Source of the DNA: Fimicolochytrium jonesii
Lineage: Eukaryota
Assembly (NCBI RefSeq): GCF_025526975.1
Contig: NW_026515677.1
Span: 372,001 to 436,000, forward strand
Direction: 5' to 3'
DNA: 64,000 nt
The notes under the pieces were generated by a model. It saw nothing but the letters and a program-made list of their open reading frames with translations, was not told the origin of the DNA and ran no database searches. This document shows, piece by piece, positions 37,401 to 51,700 of the stretch. Each line of letters begins with the position of its first letter. Position 1 is the stretch's first letter. The position numbers were made by a program, and so were the translations under genes.

Positions 37401-40400
37401 CTTCGACGATGGTCCCCATGATGGGAATATGCTCCGTGATTCGGGTGTCGTCGTTTCGCTCGTTGCCGTTCTCAGAACTGCGTAGTTTCGGGACAATCCA
37501 AAGATCTCCAAAGGGAACACCGTCCGGATTTGTGAGTGACAAGGTCTCCGGTGGCTGAGCAGGAAGCCTTGATTGTTCCTTGGCGTAAGCTCGGACCCTC
37601 ACTTCGATCGAACCCTTGGGTGAGAGGGTTACGGAGCCGGTAAGCGGAGAATTCGAAAACCGGGAAAGGACATCCAGTCGCACAAAATCCGCGACGTTTA
37701 CTGAAGCCGTGTATCCGATCTCGAACCTCGCCTCTTCATCAGCCGTGTTACAGATCGAGAACCACGTATCACACGGTAGGGCCGTTGGCAACTGCGGGTG
37801 GGTCAGTGGTGGAAGCTTCAAAGCACCACCCTCCAGACGATCAAAGCGAAGATCGAACACTGTGATGTGAACCTGAACATTGATCATCATCACATTCTGC
37901 TTGTTGTGAATATTGTTCACAGCGACTAGGAAGGTTTGCGGTCCCGCTGTTGAAGAGCTGAGCTGCCGCGCGTGCAGGACTCCTTCGACCCACTGAATGC
38001 CCCGCGATCCGATTGTATTTGCGCTTTCCAGCGACTTGTCCGCATTGTCCACTGAAGCTGAGAACTCGAAAGCCTCCATGGCCTGCACCTCATATTGTAA
38101 AGGGATTTCAGCCGTATTCTTGATGGAAAATCGGAACTTTGCAGAAGCCCAAGCATTGTGGTAGCCCACTTTGCCAAGATCGAGATTAGGTGGATCTATC
38201 TCCCCTTTCGAGACTCCATAATGTGCTCGGAGTTCAATTGCCTTGACGATGAGATTGTCGACCGCGTCCTGGAATAGAAGCATACCCCTGACTGCTGCTT
38301 TCTTTCCAGCGAGCAGGCTATCCAGTACGGAACCTGTATCGTCCTTGAACTTCGGCTCAGGAGTGGAAATGATCGCTGTCACCTTTTGCCCTGGAGCAAG
38401 ATCTATGGCGGGCCCGCAGTTGCCGTCCTCGTCCTTCAGCTCCACGGAAGCGTCTGAGTTCGGGGTTCCGTTAGAATCATTGACGTGCGGGTCAAGTATC
38501 CATCTGAGAAAAATCTGAAGTGTGGACTTGGGTACTAGCCGTAGGTGCTTGTCGGATACGTTACGGAGTTCTACCGACTGCTCGCCGCTATCTGCAATTC
38601 GCACAGTGCTGCCATCGACGTCTCTCTGTAACGCTACGACTGGCCCAGGCGGGTCTTCAGTGGTCGGTGATGGAGGAACGGTGTACTTCTTACCGTCCCC
38701 CGCCCGGATGTCCACGTACGCGTTATCGAAGCGAAGAGACGGCAGCCGTTTTCGACCATCGATCTGCGCCGTTGGGGGTGGATGCGCGAGAGCTTTTGTG
38801 GAATGGAGTTCCAGCCAATTGATGTCCGCAAAAATCCTGACTTCGACTTCGATCCTCTGTGAAGAGTTGTTTGCATTGACGATCTCCAGAAACAGCGAGG
38901 TCAACCCATACTGCGTGCAATGTAGCTCGAATCCGACACATTCACGGGCTGAAGAAGTATCAGGCAGCTCTGCGTCTCGCTCGTTCCCACCCTGCCCGGT
39001 TTCCCGACCAGCCATGGCGCTCTGGATGTCACGTTTAGCATCAATTCTTCCGGTGTAAGGTTCCAGCTCCAAACCATCCGGGGCTTTAACGGAAAACTCT
39101 AGGGGCATTCTGCTCGACATATTGCAGACAAAGAAGGAGTCGACGTACACAGCACCGAGATTGCTGATGGTACCGAGGTCCACCAGGGTGGTGGAAACGC
39201 TCATGAGGGATTGTCCGATGATGGCGTTGAACTTCGCCGTGTATGTCATCAGTTGATATAACTCATCCGCTACAATGTGGGGCAACTCCACTTCCCCAGC
39301 AGAAGTAGATGGTTGTTGTGCCTCCTTGTAGGAAACTTCTTTCTTCTGAACCAGGAACTTTATGCCACCTACTAGCGTCCGGAAGTCTTCAGTTCCGCCA
39401 GCCGAAGGCTCGGTTTGAGAAGTATTCGCTCCAGACGTAGGTGTTTGCCCTTTGACACTGACTTGTCGCCGAGCAGAAGAGCCGCCAAAGTAGGGCTGGA
39501 GCGCGATGAACACGGTTTCGGTAGAGTGCGGGGCAATGCGAAGGTTTACCGCTGGCGACTCGGTCTCAACATCAGTGAAGATATAGCACTGCTGGGCAAG
39601 ATTCGAGATTGCGCTGATGTAGAGTTCATCATCAGATACGTTTTCGATAGGAAAGGATAGGACTCGCGCGAATTTTCTCTTGGGATCCACGTAGCAATAT
39701 CCGAAATCGAGCTCTACAGTTGATGCAGCCGGGTCGGGAAGCGAGGGAAAGCGCAGGTACGAGGAGGCCACAACGTAAAAGGAGAATGTGACTATAGTCC
39801 TTTCTCCGTTTCCTTCGCTTTGCACACTCAAGGAACATGATTGTCGCCCGAATGTGGTCGGTACAAAATGCATGTCTACTCGCCGCGTCTCTCCTCCTGA
39901 GAGCACCCCAAAGGACTCATAGCCTTGCAGAAGTCCATCTGCACCCGCATCGAGCTTGTAGGGAAGTGCGCCTGATCCTCGGTTCGTAAAGGTGAAGTAG
40001 CAGTCCTTCCGCTCATTGATTTTGACATTTCCCAGATCGATTATCGGGACCTCGATGAGCGGAATATTTGCAGCATCCACAGGTGACGTCACGACCCTCG
40101 CTGAGCTCGGAGGCGCCGCGAAGAGTTGCGAAGCGCCGACCGGTGATTGCAGAGGTGCTGCCGGCGCCTTTCCGCCACCCGAATGCACAGGTCTACTGAT
40201 GAATAGCGGAGATGGCGATCGGCTGTCAGGTTGAGTTTCCGGGGTGTCCCGTATTGGCAAATACTCCGGATTTGGGCTTGCATCGCTCTGGCCTCGTTTC
40301 CCATCCCGCTTTTGAGGTAACTGGTCGAAGAAAGCAGCGGGGTCGAGATGCACCGTGGCACTGAAGTCGACTTCCTTGGTGATATCCATGTTCTTGTGCT

Positions 40401-43400
40401 CATGAACATAAAGCTTCCCAGATACATGTACAACACAATCCTTCGCGTCCGGCGCTTCATTCGTAATGAGCTTTGAAGCGATATATTCACTCCCACGTAA
40501 CCCAGGCCCGTCGTTCAATTTCGAGTCGGATCCGTTCCTAACGAGGGGAGCATCTTCACCACCTTGCATTGCGCAGGCGGCGGGAGCGTCGGAGGAAATT
40601 GGTCGAAATCTCACGCTGATTGTTCTGATGGTGCGCGGCTCCAATGCAAAGACGATCCCATGATCAGTGCGTTTCACCTTGAACTGCAACAAAGACACGA
40701 CGGGCGATGGTGTATCCGCAGGGGCGGCGTCTGTGCCAAGGTTGACTTGCGATGCTCTCCGACTAGGGTTCATACTAGATATCCCGCTACTGAGTTCCGG
40801 ATCAATCAACTGCGTGAAGGCAGACTCCGAAGCTTTCGGAGTGGTGTCGCCGGTGGGGCCTTTTCCAGTGTCAGTCAACCCTTCAGCTCCAAGAGCACTT
40901 CCCTGCGATTTAGTGGAATCCTCATTGTAGTCATCGCCCACGATCCCGGCTCGCAACTTGTGGAGTTTGTCAAGAAGCTTTTTCACTTTGTCCTTGTGAC
41001 CTTTCCTTTTCGCGATTTTCAGCTTCTGCTCCAGGTGCTCTATCTCCTCCTCCATCTCTTTTGAGAGCATCATCAACGGCCGCCGTCGTTTTATTGGTGC
41101 GCCATCAACCTGCATGTCGCCAGCTTCTTCTACATAATCATCTTCGTTGTCCACCAGATCGAAAATGAACGTTCCCGTACATTTCTTGAAATGAAGTTCA
41201 GCGGGATCGGCGCGGATTTCGAACATCCGGGTCTTTTTGAAACTTGTATTTGAGACAACCACGGTTTGCGCGGTCATGCACGTGTCATCAATCAAGCAGG
41301 GCCCGAAATCGATCGCGTCTGACTCGAGCATGAATGGTGCGGGTCTTCGAATAGTTGCTTTCACAGAGATGGAGAGATCGTTCGTGCGGTCTTGTACGTT
41401 CTCGATGGTCAACCGCTCATGAAAGGGTCCAGCCAAGGATGGGTCGAACATGAACTCCACTTCACGTTTGCCATGACCTCGCACGATTCCCATTCGACCG
41501 TCTCCAAGGATGAGATCTCCAGACGCGATTGAGCCAGATTTTCGGATAGCGTACAGAAGTGGTGCTTCCGAGTTGTTCCTGATGACGATCGTTTTTGTTC
41601 TGTGCTCGTTCTTCTCCATCACCCCAAAATTGATGTTCTTCTGGTTGAGCTCCATCATCGACCGTGAGAGCGACGACCGTAGCAGGAGTTCCCTGACCGG
41701 GATCATGTCTTGATCTCCCCGTAGAAGCTGTTCAAACTGGGGCTGCTCGATATCCCGATCGAATTCGATTAAGCGTATGAACACGCGGTAATCCACCTTC
41801 CGCGCTTTGGCCTGCGAAACAAGAGAATCGGATTGGTTTCCGGCGCGGGAATCATGTACCGAAGTTCACCCTAAGCTGCTATACCTGAATATATGGTTTA
41901 CTCTCTCCATCCGGCATGAACAAGAGCAACAGTGGCATGTCGCTCTCAGGTGCAATCTCAAGTTGCGACAGAGGCGCTAGACGTCCATCTTTAATGGCAC
42001 TCTCGATTTCACGATTGAGATGCAATCTGGTTCGTACATATCGCTCTTCGCCGGAAGCCTTTTGAAATGTTGGAGGCACCACGCCGCTGATGGCATCGAA
42101 CATGCTGACCAACGTGTTGACTGACAACGTAGCAGATTCGGACCCCTCGTTAACCTTTGATCCAGAACGCTGGGTTCCTGTTTCAACATTCCGCAATGCT
42201 GCTTCCAGGGATTTCGAGAATCGCTCGCTATCAGGATCCATGTCCGGTTTGGCCGGTACCTCGCCAATACTGAGAGAATCCTTCGTTGGCAGACCCAATC
42301 GTGCGCTGAGACTTGGCCGGATATCGGCGCTTTCTTCTTCCTGACCACTGCCAGTCGCTTCCCGATACTGAGCACGCAGCTGCTTGAGTGCGCCCACCTG
42401 GTGTTGCACCGTCTTCCTTCGGGGTGATCGGCGTCCATCCTTGACAGAAAGAGTAGATGCCAGATCCAGATAGTCAGCAGAAGCGGTTTCGAAAATATCG
42501 GCCATTGACCGCATTTTTGGAGCGCCGGGAGCTATCTTCGTTGGGGCTGCCGTTGTCGCAGCTGTCGCAGCTGCAGATTCCACCCGCTGTAGTTTCCTGC
42601 GATCACTGATGGACTCCAATAAGCGTTCGCGACGTTCGGCTGTACTTTTTGCTAATGGCTCCATTGTAGGCGAGTTCGGAGCTCCGCGTCCATAGATCTT
42701 TATCTCATCCGGAGAGGATGATGTGATCTGTAGCACCAGCCGCTTTTTCGATATGTTTGCAATGGTCAGTGATCTAGCCACCGTCGAGTTGAGAATGACC
42801 TCTCCAAAATCGACGAAATTGGATGAGGTTGGTGTGAGGATCCGGTAAAACAAGGAATGGAATGTGACGCGGTTCTGATCAACATTCGTCGACCGAACCT
42901 CGACATGCTGATCATTCTCCCGGTTCAGCACATTCACCACCGTCAACTGCTTTCGGTACTCCGGATTTACTTTTCGCGGGTAGATGTCGACCTTTGCTTC
43001 AGTAGATTGCTTGGGCGGGATGAGGATCTCGTCGCGGAACGTGTTCAGTACTTTCGAAACGAAACGTAGCTCGACGCGGGCAGGTAAATCGGAGCAGTTC
43101 GTGATGAGAATAGGGGCAGACTTCAGAGTTCCCACATCAGTGTCTCCAAAATTGACGATCTTCGGATTGACGTCGATAAACGATGTGCAGGTACGAGCTT
43201 TGCACTGAATGGCCTTTCGCTCTTTCGCCAGGGTTCCATGATACGAATATGACAGAAGAAGGCGGAAATTCCGACGAACCAGACGACCTCCTCGGTGATC
43301 CGGAGAGGGAGCATCCTTCGCAGGACGGTAACAAACTTCAACAACCCGCTCTGTCCCAGGCCGGAGTTGAAGCTCCTCAATACGCCGATACTCTTCCCCA

Positions 43401-45202
43401 CTATGCCCGACTCCATCTCCTTGTACGTAGTCGCCTTCTCCCGACCCTTCAGAGTCCCCGTCCTCATCAGCATGCGAGAACCCTGCTGCCGCCGATATCA
43501 TCGCCGCCAAGTCCGTGGACGAAGACCCTCTGTTGGCGGCTTCCCCATGCTTCCATCCCAGTACGGAAGGGGATCCTGGTCTTGAGCTTGCAGCGCTTTG
43601 TGAAAACGATATCTCACTGTTCTCCGTAGCGCGTGTAAATGGATCGTCCTTCGTCTGGTCATTTGCAGGATTGCCAATGTCTCCACCTATTGACACCCCC
43701 TTTGCGGCGCTCTCGTAGCCTTGCTCGTCACTCTTCAATTGAAAAACAACGCCCTGGGCCTCAGACCCAAAAGCGATGTCTAGCGACTTTTCGGAAATGT
43801 TGCGCAAAACCAGCCTTTGCTTCGCCCACAAGCCTGTCAGACAATCGCCGAAATCCACCACATTCCCACTGCTGACAACCAAAGATTCCTCACGCAACGC
43901 TGAGCGGACCACTGCATGACACGCTGCTTCCACCGTGTTGCTAGAGTCGTTGGCGTTCTCAAGCTGAAATTCGTAGGAGTATTCGCCAACATCTCGAGGG
44001 CGAAATGTTAGCCGGAAGCGGCGATGAGAGTAGGCTGGAATCGGGCGCCCATCCAATGGCTCTCCAGTGTCGTAATCCGTCAGCTTCAGCCACGGTCTCT
44101 CTTGCTTCTTAGACAAATCAGCCATGTTCAGGATCCAAAAGAGCTCGATTTCCGACCGGTTTGATATGCTGAAGTCCTTGAAATACGTCTCCCCTACAAC
44201 ACAATCGTCGAATGAAATGCCGGTATCGCCAATATCCGTCCAGAGAACAGACCGGCATACGCGTGAACGGAACTTCACGCTGATTTGATGGTCAGGCGGT
44301 GCCTGTGTGGACAGCGCTACATTCTCATCCCCCTCCTTCTTCGACCCGGTGCCCGATCGTGACCTAGAACCGCTACCATTCGTGTCGTTCGATGAACTGA
44401 TATGCTCCCTCGTTGTTTCGTTGATGGCACTTCCGTTTGAATCACTCGGTAACGCCGTCGCCAAACTCGCATCTTGCGATTTGTAAGCGAAAAAGAAGAG
44501 CAACCCATTGACCTCGAAAAAGTCATACGTTTCATCATCGTTCGCCACGTCTTCCAATTTCGCCTCTTTGTCAACGGACTGATCATCCTTATCTGCATTC
44601 CGCCGTCCCCGCCCTTGAGCATCTGGTAGGAAAGCTAGAATGATCTTCTGCGACTCCCCAGGCGCAATCTTCAATTCATCGATGTGGTTGACGTAGTTGA
44701 AAAGCTGGTTGAATTGATGGCCATGAAGCGTATTGTGCTCCGTCTGAAACACCCCAACAGCCGCTGCTTCTACAGTGTTCGTTGTCACGGGATTGAACGA
44801 GTTCGCTGCGGCCCATCGATGATCTTCTCCTTCGGCCGACACAGGGCTGGTCAGCCTCGCTCTCTGCTGTTGAAGCTCCCTATCAGTCGCAATATCCGAC
44901 AACCCTGACTCGACGGAAGAGGAAAGAGACGCTGACGAGAGGTCCCGGTTGAGCGGATGCCGGAGGTCCCGTTCCGGCAAGTTTTCGTTGGTCAACTGGA
45001 ATGCAATTTGGGACCCCAGGTTCGACCGCAATTTGATTGTAAGCGGGAATGCCGAGACGTTGCGAACTTCAAAGCGACGCAGTGCGTGAAGGCCGTTCAA
45101 GTAGACATTGTCCAAGACCAGCTTATTCGACAAATGCACAAGTTCGAGAAGCGCAGGTCCAGCCTGTCCTGCCCGGCTAGCAGCTGAACCCTCGGTGGCC
45201 AT
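34406..45202 (-). CDS. Very large (~3,450 aa) protein with repeated Ig-like/ASH (ASPM-SPD2-Hydin)-type modules, ~7 exons
   Basis: ORFs 41879..45202 and 35164..41796 plus five small 3' exons ending at TGA 34406; recurrent (D/N)FG-x-x...N-x-S beta-rich repeats (VDFGDC, VNFGDT, INFGVM, IDFGPC, LDFGYC, LDLGKV). Confidence 0.75.
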
Positions 45203-45562
45203 TGGCCTTTAGCAAGGTTTCCAGTTCCGCAAGTGATCTTTGAAGGCCGGAGAGGCGAAGGAAATGGACAAGCTTTTCAAGCTTGAAGACCAGAGAGTCG
45301 CATACCGCAACGGAAGTCGTCAGGCCGCTCACTGGTAGCAGCTGGGAAAAGCACTTTTGTTTTTTAAGAATATCATCAATGCATCGGAAGAAAGAAAGGC
45401 AATCGCAAAAAAACTGCCCCCGGCCAGCCCCAGCCACCACAATATTTGACGCGCAGACTCGTTGGCTAGCAACAACAAAATTACATTTACCCAAACGCAC
45501 TGATTACATACAAAGGTCGAACAGTACGGAGGGAACAGAAACGACTATACACAAGGGGTCGT

Positions 45563-46218
45563 TTAGTTGATCTTAAGAAGCTCAACATCGAAGGTGAGGT
45601 CGGCCTTGGCGGGGATGCCTATGAGGGTGAGGTGGGGGTTCGTTAGGACTCATGGTATGCCCCACCGTCCAAGACAACCCTAGATGGATGAACATACCGG
45701 CAGGGTGGCCACGCTCGCCGTAAGCGTAATCGTAGGTGATGAAGAGCTTAGCCTGCTCTCCGAGGGACATCTGAGGCACACCCTCGTCCCATCCCTTGAT
45801 GACCTGTCCAACACCAATCTGAAGAATAACCAAGCGGTAAATACAAGGAATGGTCATGCAACTTTGAATGAGCGATTTTGATCGTACCTTAGTTACGAAG
45901 GCACTTCCGCGGTCCCGGCTGCTGTCGAACTTCTTGCCGTCCTTGGTGAACTAGTAGAAGTTCGCACAATGTTAGCCTCCTCCAACAGCTATCACCCGCT
46001 CTAATCCCGGAGGGCGTAGGAGAAGGCCCATGCCAAGGCCGGGCAGTGCTTACCGTTCCGACGTAGTGCATGGTGACGGTGTCGCCCTAAAAGCGTTGAT
46101 GATCATAGGGTTAGTTTATGTCGACTGAGATGCGCGGGCGCTCGGGTGAGATCTCACTTACAGCTTTGGGGAAGTTCTTGCCATCTCCGGCCTTGATGGT
46201 CTCCTTAGTGACACCCAT
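45563..46218 (-). CDS. FPR1: FKBP12 peptidyl-prolyl isomerase, multi-exon
   Basis: [74 protein letters not shown]. Confidence 0.96.
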
Positions 46219-48731
46219 GTTGATTCGTGAAGAGTGGAATTGACGGATAGACGTAAAGAGACTGCGGGACACTCGGTTCATTGCAAGTCAGTCGTTTGCC
46301 AACGAACATGTCCAGCAACTCTGGCCTCCACTAGTATGACGCAGCTCACCGGGATTAACTCGCGCACACGTGACCGGGAACGATTCAAATATTGCACACG
46401 GCGCCCAGGAGACCATCCGTCAGGACCCGACGGCAATGCATAGACTATATGCGTCCTATTGACGGCAGAGTTTGAGTGGGTTTTGCTACGGCCTGCTGCT
46501 CACTGACAGAGCGAGAGCAAGTCGGATGCAAGTTTTTATAGGATCTCGAGGATCGTCCTTCCCCCCGCAGTGAACCTTTCCTTCTAATGATGCATTTCGC
46601 TACGGGAACAAGCTGTACGTAATAGATGTTCTGACAGCACCATCAATAGCGACTATATTCTCAAGATCAACGGTGTGTATCATTCCGACTTGTCTGTGCA
46701 TCTCAAGGACGGTATCAAGGTGATATCACAGGCGACTTCATTTCGTAAGCACGGTCGGAGTTTCTTACCCGTAAGCACTCCATTGGATTGTTGCTGGTGG
46801 GCACGTATAGTAGCGCTTAGCATTCCTGCATCGAACTCATCAATTCATCAATTCATCGAACTCAAGTTCCAAATGGCAACGCAATGTCCTACTACGCACC
46901 TACCCATCGTTCTATTCCGCTCAAAGGTCACCCCAACTTTCTCGAGCGCGACCGACGCATACCTTATCCGTACTGTCGCGGTCGCATCACCTCTCGAACG
47001 TCTATCGATCCACTCGTTCCCACCGACGCCGTCCTCTTCAATCATTGTCAGGCCTTTGCAGGGCTTCGTTTCCGCAATTTCGTCTCCCGTTTCGCGTTCT
47101 CTGGCTTCGATCGTCCATACATACAAGAAACTTTGTTCACCTCGTCTTCATCATCCATCTCGTCTTTCGCGTTCGTGGGCTGGTCGCATTCAAAGTTCCT
47201 TGGTCCGTGCTTCGCTGTCTGTCCTTTTCGGCTTCTCGTTCACTTTTTGCGCGCACGGTCCTCGTTCAATTACCTCTTCGTCGCCCAAATTTATGCCTCG
47301 ATATCACTACGCGTTTCTTAACCCAAGATTTCAACACGGCGAGATTGACGAGCTCTACGCTTTTTCAGGACGACTAATGCCCCTCATGATGCAGAAAACG
47401 ATCTCAATCACGCCGTCTTTCCAAATGCCAACCTCTTTCGCTGCTGTGGAGCAGCATGACCGTGTTCAGTTTCCACATCCTCCTTCACGGTCTTCCGCAT
47501 TCGTCGCCTTCTTCAACTCTCATGTTCCCGCCCGCCCATTGGGAAATGGTGCACGGCATGGTCTCCTCCCACCATTCAAGAACCTAGTACTGCCGCCATC
47601 GGGGTTCCGAAAAATCTAGTGTCATCATCCTGAAGTGTCAAAATACCCGCTTCGGCCTTCCCATTAGGTAAGGAATACCTCTACATGTCGCTCTTGCGCC
47701 TTCATTCTTTGCCTTCTCAGCCTTCGCCACCCGGTAATCTGCTTTCCGCGCCATCGGGAACTACTGCAGGCCATGATCCTCCGGTATATGTAGGCGGCAA
47801 CACGGTGAACCGCCTCCTACATCTGATGAACGACGACGCCCGCCAAACCGGTTCCAACACACAATGCCAATTTGCCATCAAACTCCGACAGATGCCAGCC
47901 ATTCGCCTCGAGAACTACGTGAGACCTGATTCCTCCGGGATCAGGCAGCCTCTTCGGGCGTGCGGTCTTTGCCATCCAAGCTGTTGACGCGTAGGGTTGG
48001 ATTTCCACGTGTTTGGGAAGTGCTGACGTGAGACGACGATGACGATGACAATCGCGTCGATCTCAGAAGCGAATTCAATAAACGGAGCCTTGGTAATGCG
48101 CGATCATGAAGGCGGAGATCCAAAGGACGGATTGTAAATATGGCGCCCGTCTTTTGGTGATTGCTCATCCAGACACCAGCCCACGGGCAAGAAAAGAGGA
48201 GGGAGAAAAGTTTTTTCTTCCCTCGCTTTGTCTGTCGTGTCTCTTTGAATTATATGCAGTCAGTGCGTCGCTTCTGGAAGGAGAAAGGCCCCCTCGGCGC
48301 GCGGAGTTTGAACACGAGCACAGTGCCCGGCTTGCTTGCTTGCTTGCTTTTGATTGACGATGCGTATCTTATCGCGCGGATTTCTTATTTAGCTTATTGC
48401 CCCTCAGGCAGGCTCCCTTGCGCTTGGTTCTGGCTGGAGCTTTCTCTTTTTCTCCCCCTCCCCTCCCATAAGGCCCGCTCCGCAGACAAGACTTCCCTCG
48501 TCCCTCTGTTTGCTGCTCTTGCTTTCCTTTTTCAACCCTCGTCGCCTTGCTGTTCTTGTCTCCTCCATACTCGACTCGAACTAAGGCCACGCTCTCAGGG
48601 TCTCTCGTCCTCTCTCTCAAGCATCCCCGCTTGCGACTGCCTGCCAAATACCCCACCTTCGGTTTTCAGCTGGAGAGACGGTCAGTACAACCCGTAGTAC
48701 GACTTGACCACTTGCATACTACGACTCCGCT

Positions 48732-51700
48732 ATGCCCCCAGTCGCCGCCATGGACTCTGCCCCGGAACAGGATTTCGACCAGGCAAAACGATCGCTCGAG
48801 TCGGTCGCTCGTATCAAGCAACTTCTGAACGACCTATACACCTGCGAAACCAGTGACGATTGTGTCGCCATTGCGGCGGACTTGGGTGAAGCCGTTCAAG
48901 CCGGCGGTCTGCACATGCTTCGCACTGCTGGTGTCCTCGACAACCTCTCTCGCGAAGCTCAGAACAAAAAGTCCGGTCTGGCGAGGGAAGGAGCCCTGCT
49001 CGGTCTTCACGGACTCGTCCGGGTCATAGGGCGACCCATCGAACCCCACTTTCTCCCTCTGCTTCCCATCCTCCTTGACAGCTATGCGGACAAGGGTCAA
49101 CCCGTGAGAGAGGCCGCTGAGATGGCCGTCAACGCTCTCCTCGGCGTTGTATCACCGTACTCCACCCGCAACATCCTCCCTTACCTGTTCGAAGCCATGA
49201 CGAGAAAGTGGCAAACGATGGTTGGGGCTCTGGAAGCATTGTCAAAGTTGGCTGCAACTGCACCGGACCAGATCGCTCTTGCCCTCCCTGAGATCATCCC
49301 CAACGTCACCGAGCGGTTGCACGACACCAAAGCCGAAGTGGAAAAAGCAGCAACAAAGTGTATGACAGATGTCTGCGCCGTCGCCAACAACCCCGACATT
49401 GCTCCTCACCTTCCCATGCTGGTGTCCTGCATGGCCAGGCCCACCGAAGTACCCGACTGTGTGCAGAAGCTTTCTGCTACCACTTTCGTTGCTGAAGTCA
49501 CAGGACCGGCATTGGCCATCATGGTCCCCCTCCTCGTTCGTGCCTTGAACGAGCGATCCATGGCCGTCGTCCGCCCAACAACCGTCATCACCGACAATCT
49601 TTGCAAGTTGGTCAGGGATCCCGCGGAAGCTGGACAATTCTTACCCCAGCTATTGCCTGGTCTTGACAAGTTGATCGAGACGGCCGCCTTCCCTGAAATT
49701 CGTCAGCTTGCAACCGTCGCAAAGAACACGCTCATGCGTGCCGGAGGAGATGTAGCAGCGTCTGGTGCCGACTTGAAAGATTCGCTGACAATCGAGTCTG
49801 TGAACCAAGTCTTGGCCCGTCTCCGAGCGTACCTCGCCGAAGTCGCCCGCTGGAAGGACACCGACCCCTTCGCCGCCGTCTCCATCAACCACGTTGGTAG
49901 CGTGTTGCACGAACTTCTCGTTGCTGAGGATTACCACGACGAGGCATGGCAACAGAACTGCTCCCCGTACCTGGCCGCGTTTATCCCCAAGCCCCAAGCC
50001 GACGCTGTGCTCGGCAAGCTCGCGACGCACTACCGCCACGTCGAACACGAGCGTCGTCTGAGAGAGTCCGGTCTCGACAAGGAAGAGGGCGAGGAACTCT
50101 GCTCTTGCGATTTCTCCCTCGCCTACGGTGGAATGATGTTGCTGAACCACACCACCCTCCGTCTCATGCGCGGCCGTCGCTACGGTCTCTGCGGGCACAA
50201 CGGCGCCGGCAAATCCACGCTCATGCGCGCCATCTCCAAGGGCAAGGTCGAGAACTTCCCACCCCAAGACCAGCTCCGCGCGGTCCTCGTCGAGCACTCC
50301 CTGCAGGGCGAGGACACCTCCCTGCCCGTGCTCGATTTCGTCGCTACTGACAAGCGTCTGGCAGGTATCTCTCGCGACGCGATTGAGAAGGCCCTCCGGG
50401 ACGTGCAGTTCGACGACGAACGCATTGCGCAGCAGGTCGGGAGCCTCTCCGGAGGCTGGAAGATGAAGCTCGAGCTCGCCCGCGCGATCCTCATGAACGC
50501 CGACCTCCTCCTACTCGATGAGCCCACCAACCACCTGGACGTTGGCAACGTCGCGTGGCTGGTCAACTACCTCACCTCCCAGCCAAACCTCACGGTCCTG
50601 GTCGTCTCCCACGACTCTGGGTTCCTCGACAACGTGTGCACGGACATCATTCACTACGAGCGAAAGAAGTTGGTGTTCTATAAGGGCAACCTGTCGAAAT
50701 TCGTGGAGCGGAGGCCGGAGGCGAAATCTTACTACACCCTCTCCACCGACAACGTCAAGTTCGCCTTTCCCCCGCCGGCCTTCTTGCAGGGAATCAACTC
50801 AAAGACCAAATCGATTCTGAAAATGACCGACGCGACGTACACCTACCCGGGAGCGCCCAAACCGTCCCTCAGCGGAGTGTCAGTCGGAGTCTCCCTCTCG
50901 TCCCGTGTGGCGATCATCGGGCCCAACGGTGCCGGCAAGTCCACGCTGATCAAGGTCCTCACCGGCGAAGCGATCCCCCAAGAAGGCCAAGTCTGGAAAC
51001 ACCCCAACCTCCGCGTCGGCTACGTCGCGCAACACGCCTTCCATCACCTCGACCAGCACTTGGAAAAGACACCGAACCAGTACATCCAATGGCGGTACCA
51101 AGGCGGTGAAGACCGCGAAGTGCTCGAGAAGGAGTCCCGAAAATTGACCGAGCAGGACGAGAAACAGATGGAGACACCTATCGACATTGACGGGTCTAAA
51201 CGCAGGATCGAATACCTCATCGGCCGATCCAAGCTGAAGAAATCGTTCCAGTACGAGGTCAAATGGGTGGGTCTGATACCCAAACACAACACCTGGGTTC
51301 CCCGCGAGAAGCTGCTAGAGCTCGGGTTCCAGAAACTCGTGCAGGCGTTCGACGACCGTGAAGCCTCGCGCGAGGGGCAGGGGTACCGCGAGCTCTCCCC
51401 CAGTGTAATCCGCAAACACATCGAGGATGTCGGCCTAGACGGCGACATTGCAGACCATAACGCCATCTCCGGCCTGTCGGGGGGCCAGAAAGTTAAAGTC
51501 GTCATTGCGGCGGCGATGTGGAACAACCCGCACATGTTGGTCCTCGACGAACCCACCAACTACCTCGACCGCGACTCCCTCGGCGGGCTAGCCGTCGCCA
51601 TCCGTGACTGGGGCGGCGCGGTCGTCATGATCTCCCACAACGAGGAGTTTGTCGGCGCGCTGTGCCCGGAGGTCTGGAACGTCGAAGCCGGTCGATTGAC

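Noticed and set aside
46675..47619. 314-aa ORF between FPR1 and TEF3
   Set aside because: Non-ATG start, S/P/F-rich composition reflecting pyrimidine-rich DNA, no motifs; probably promoter/UTR.
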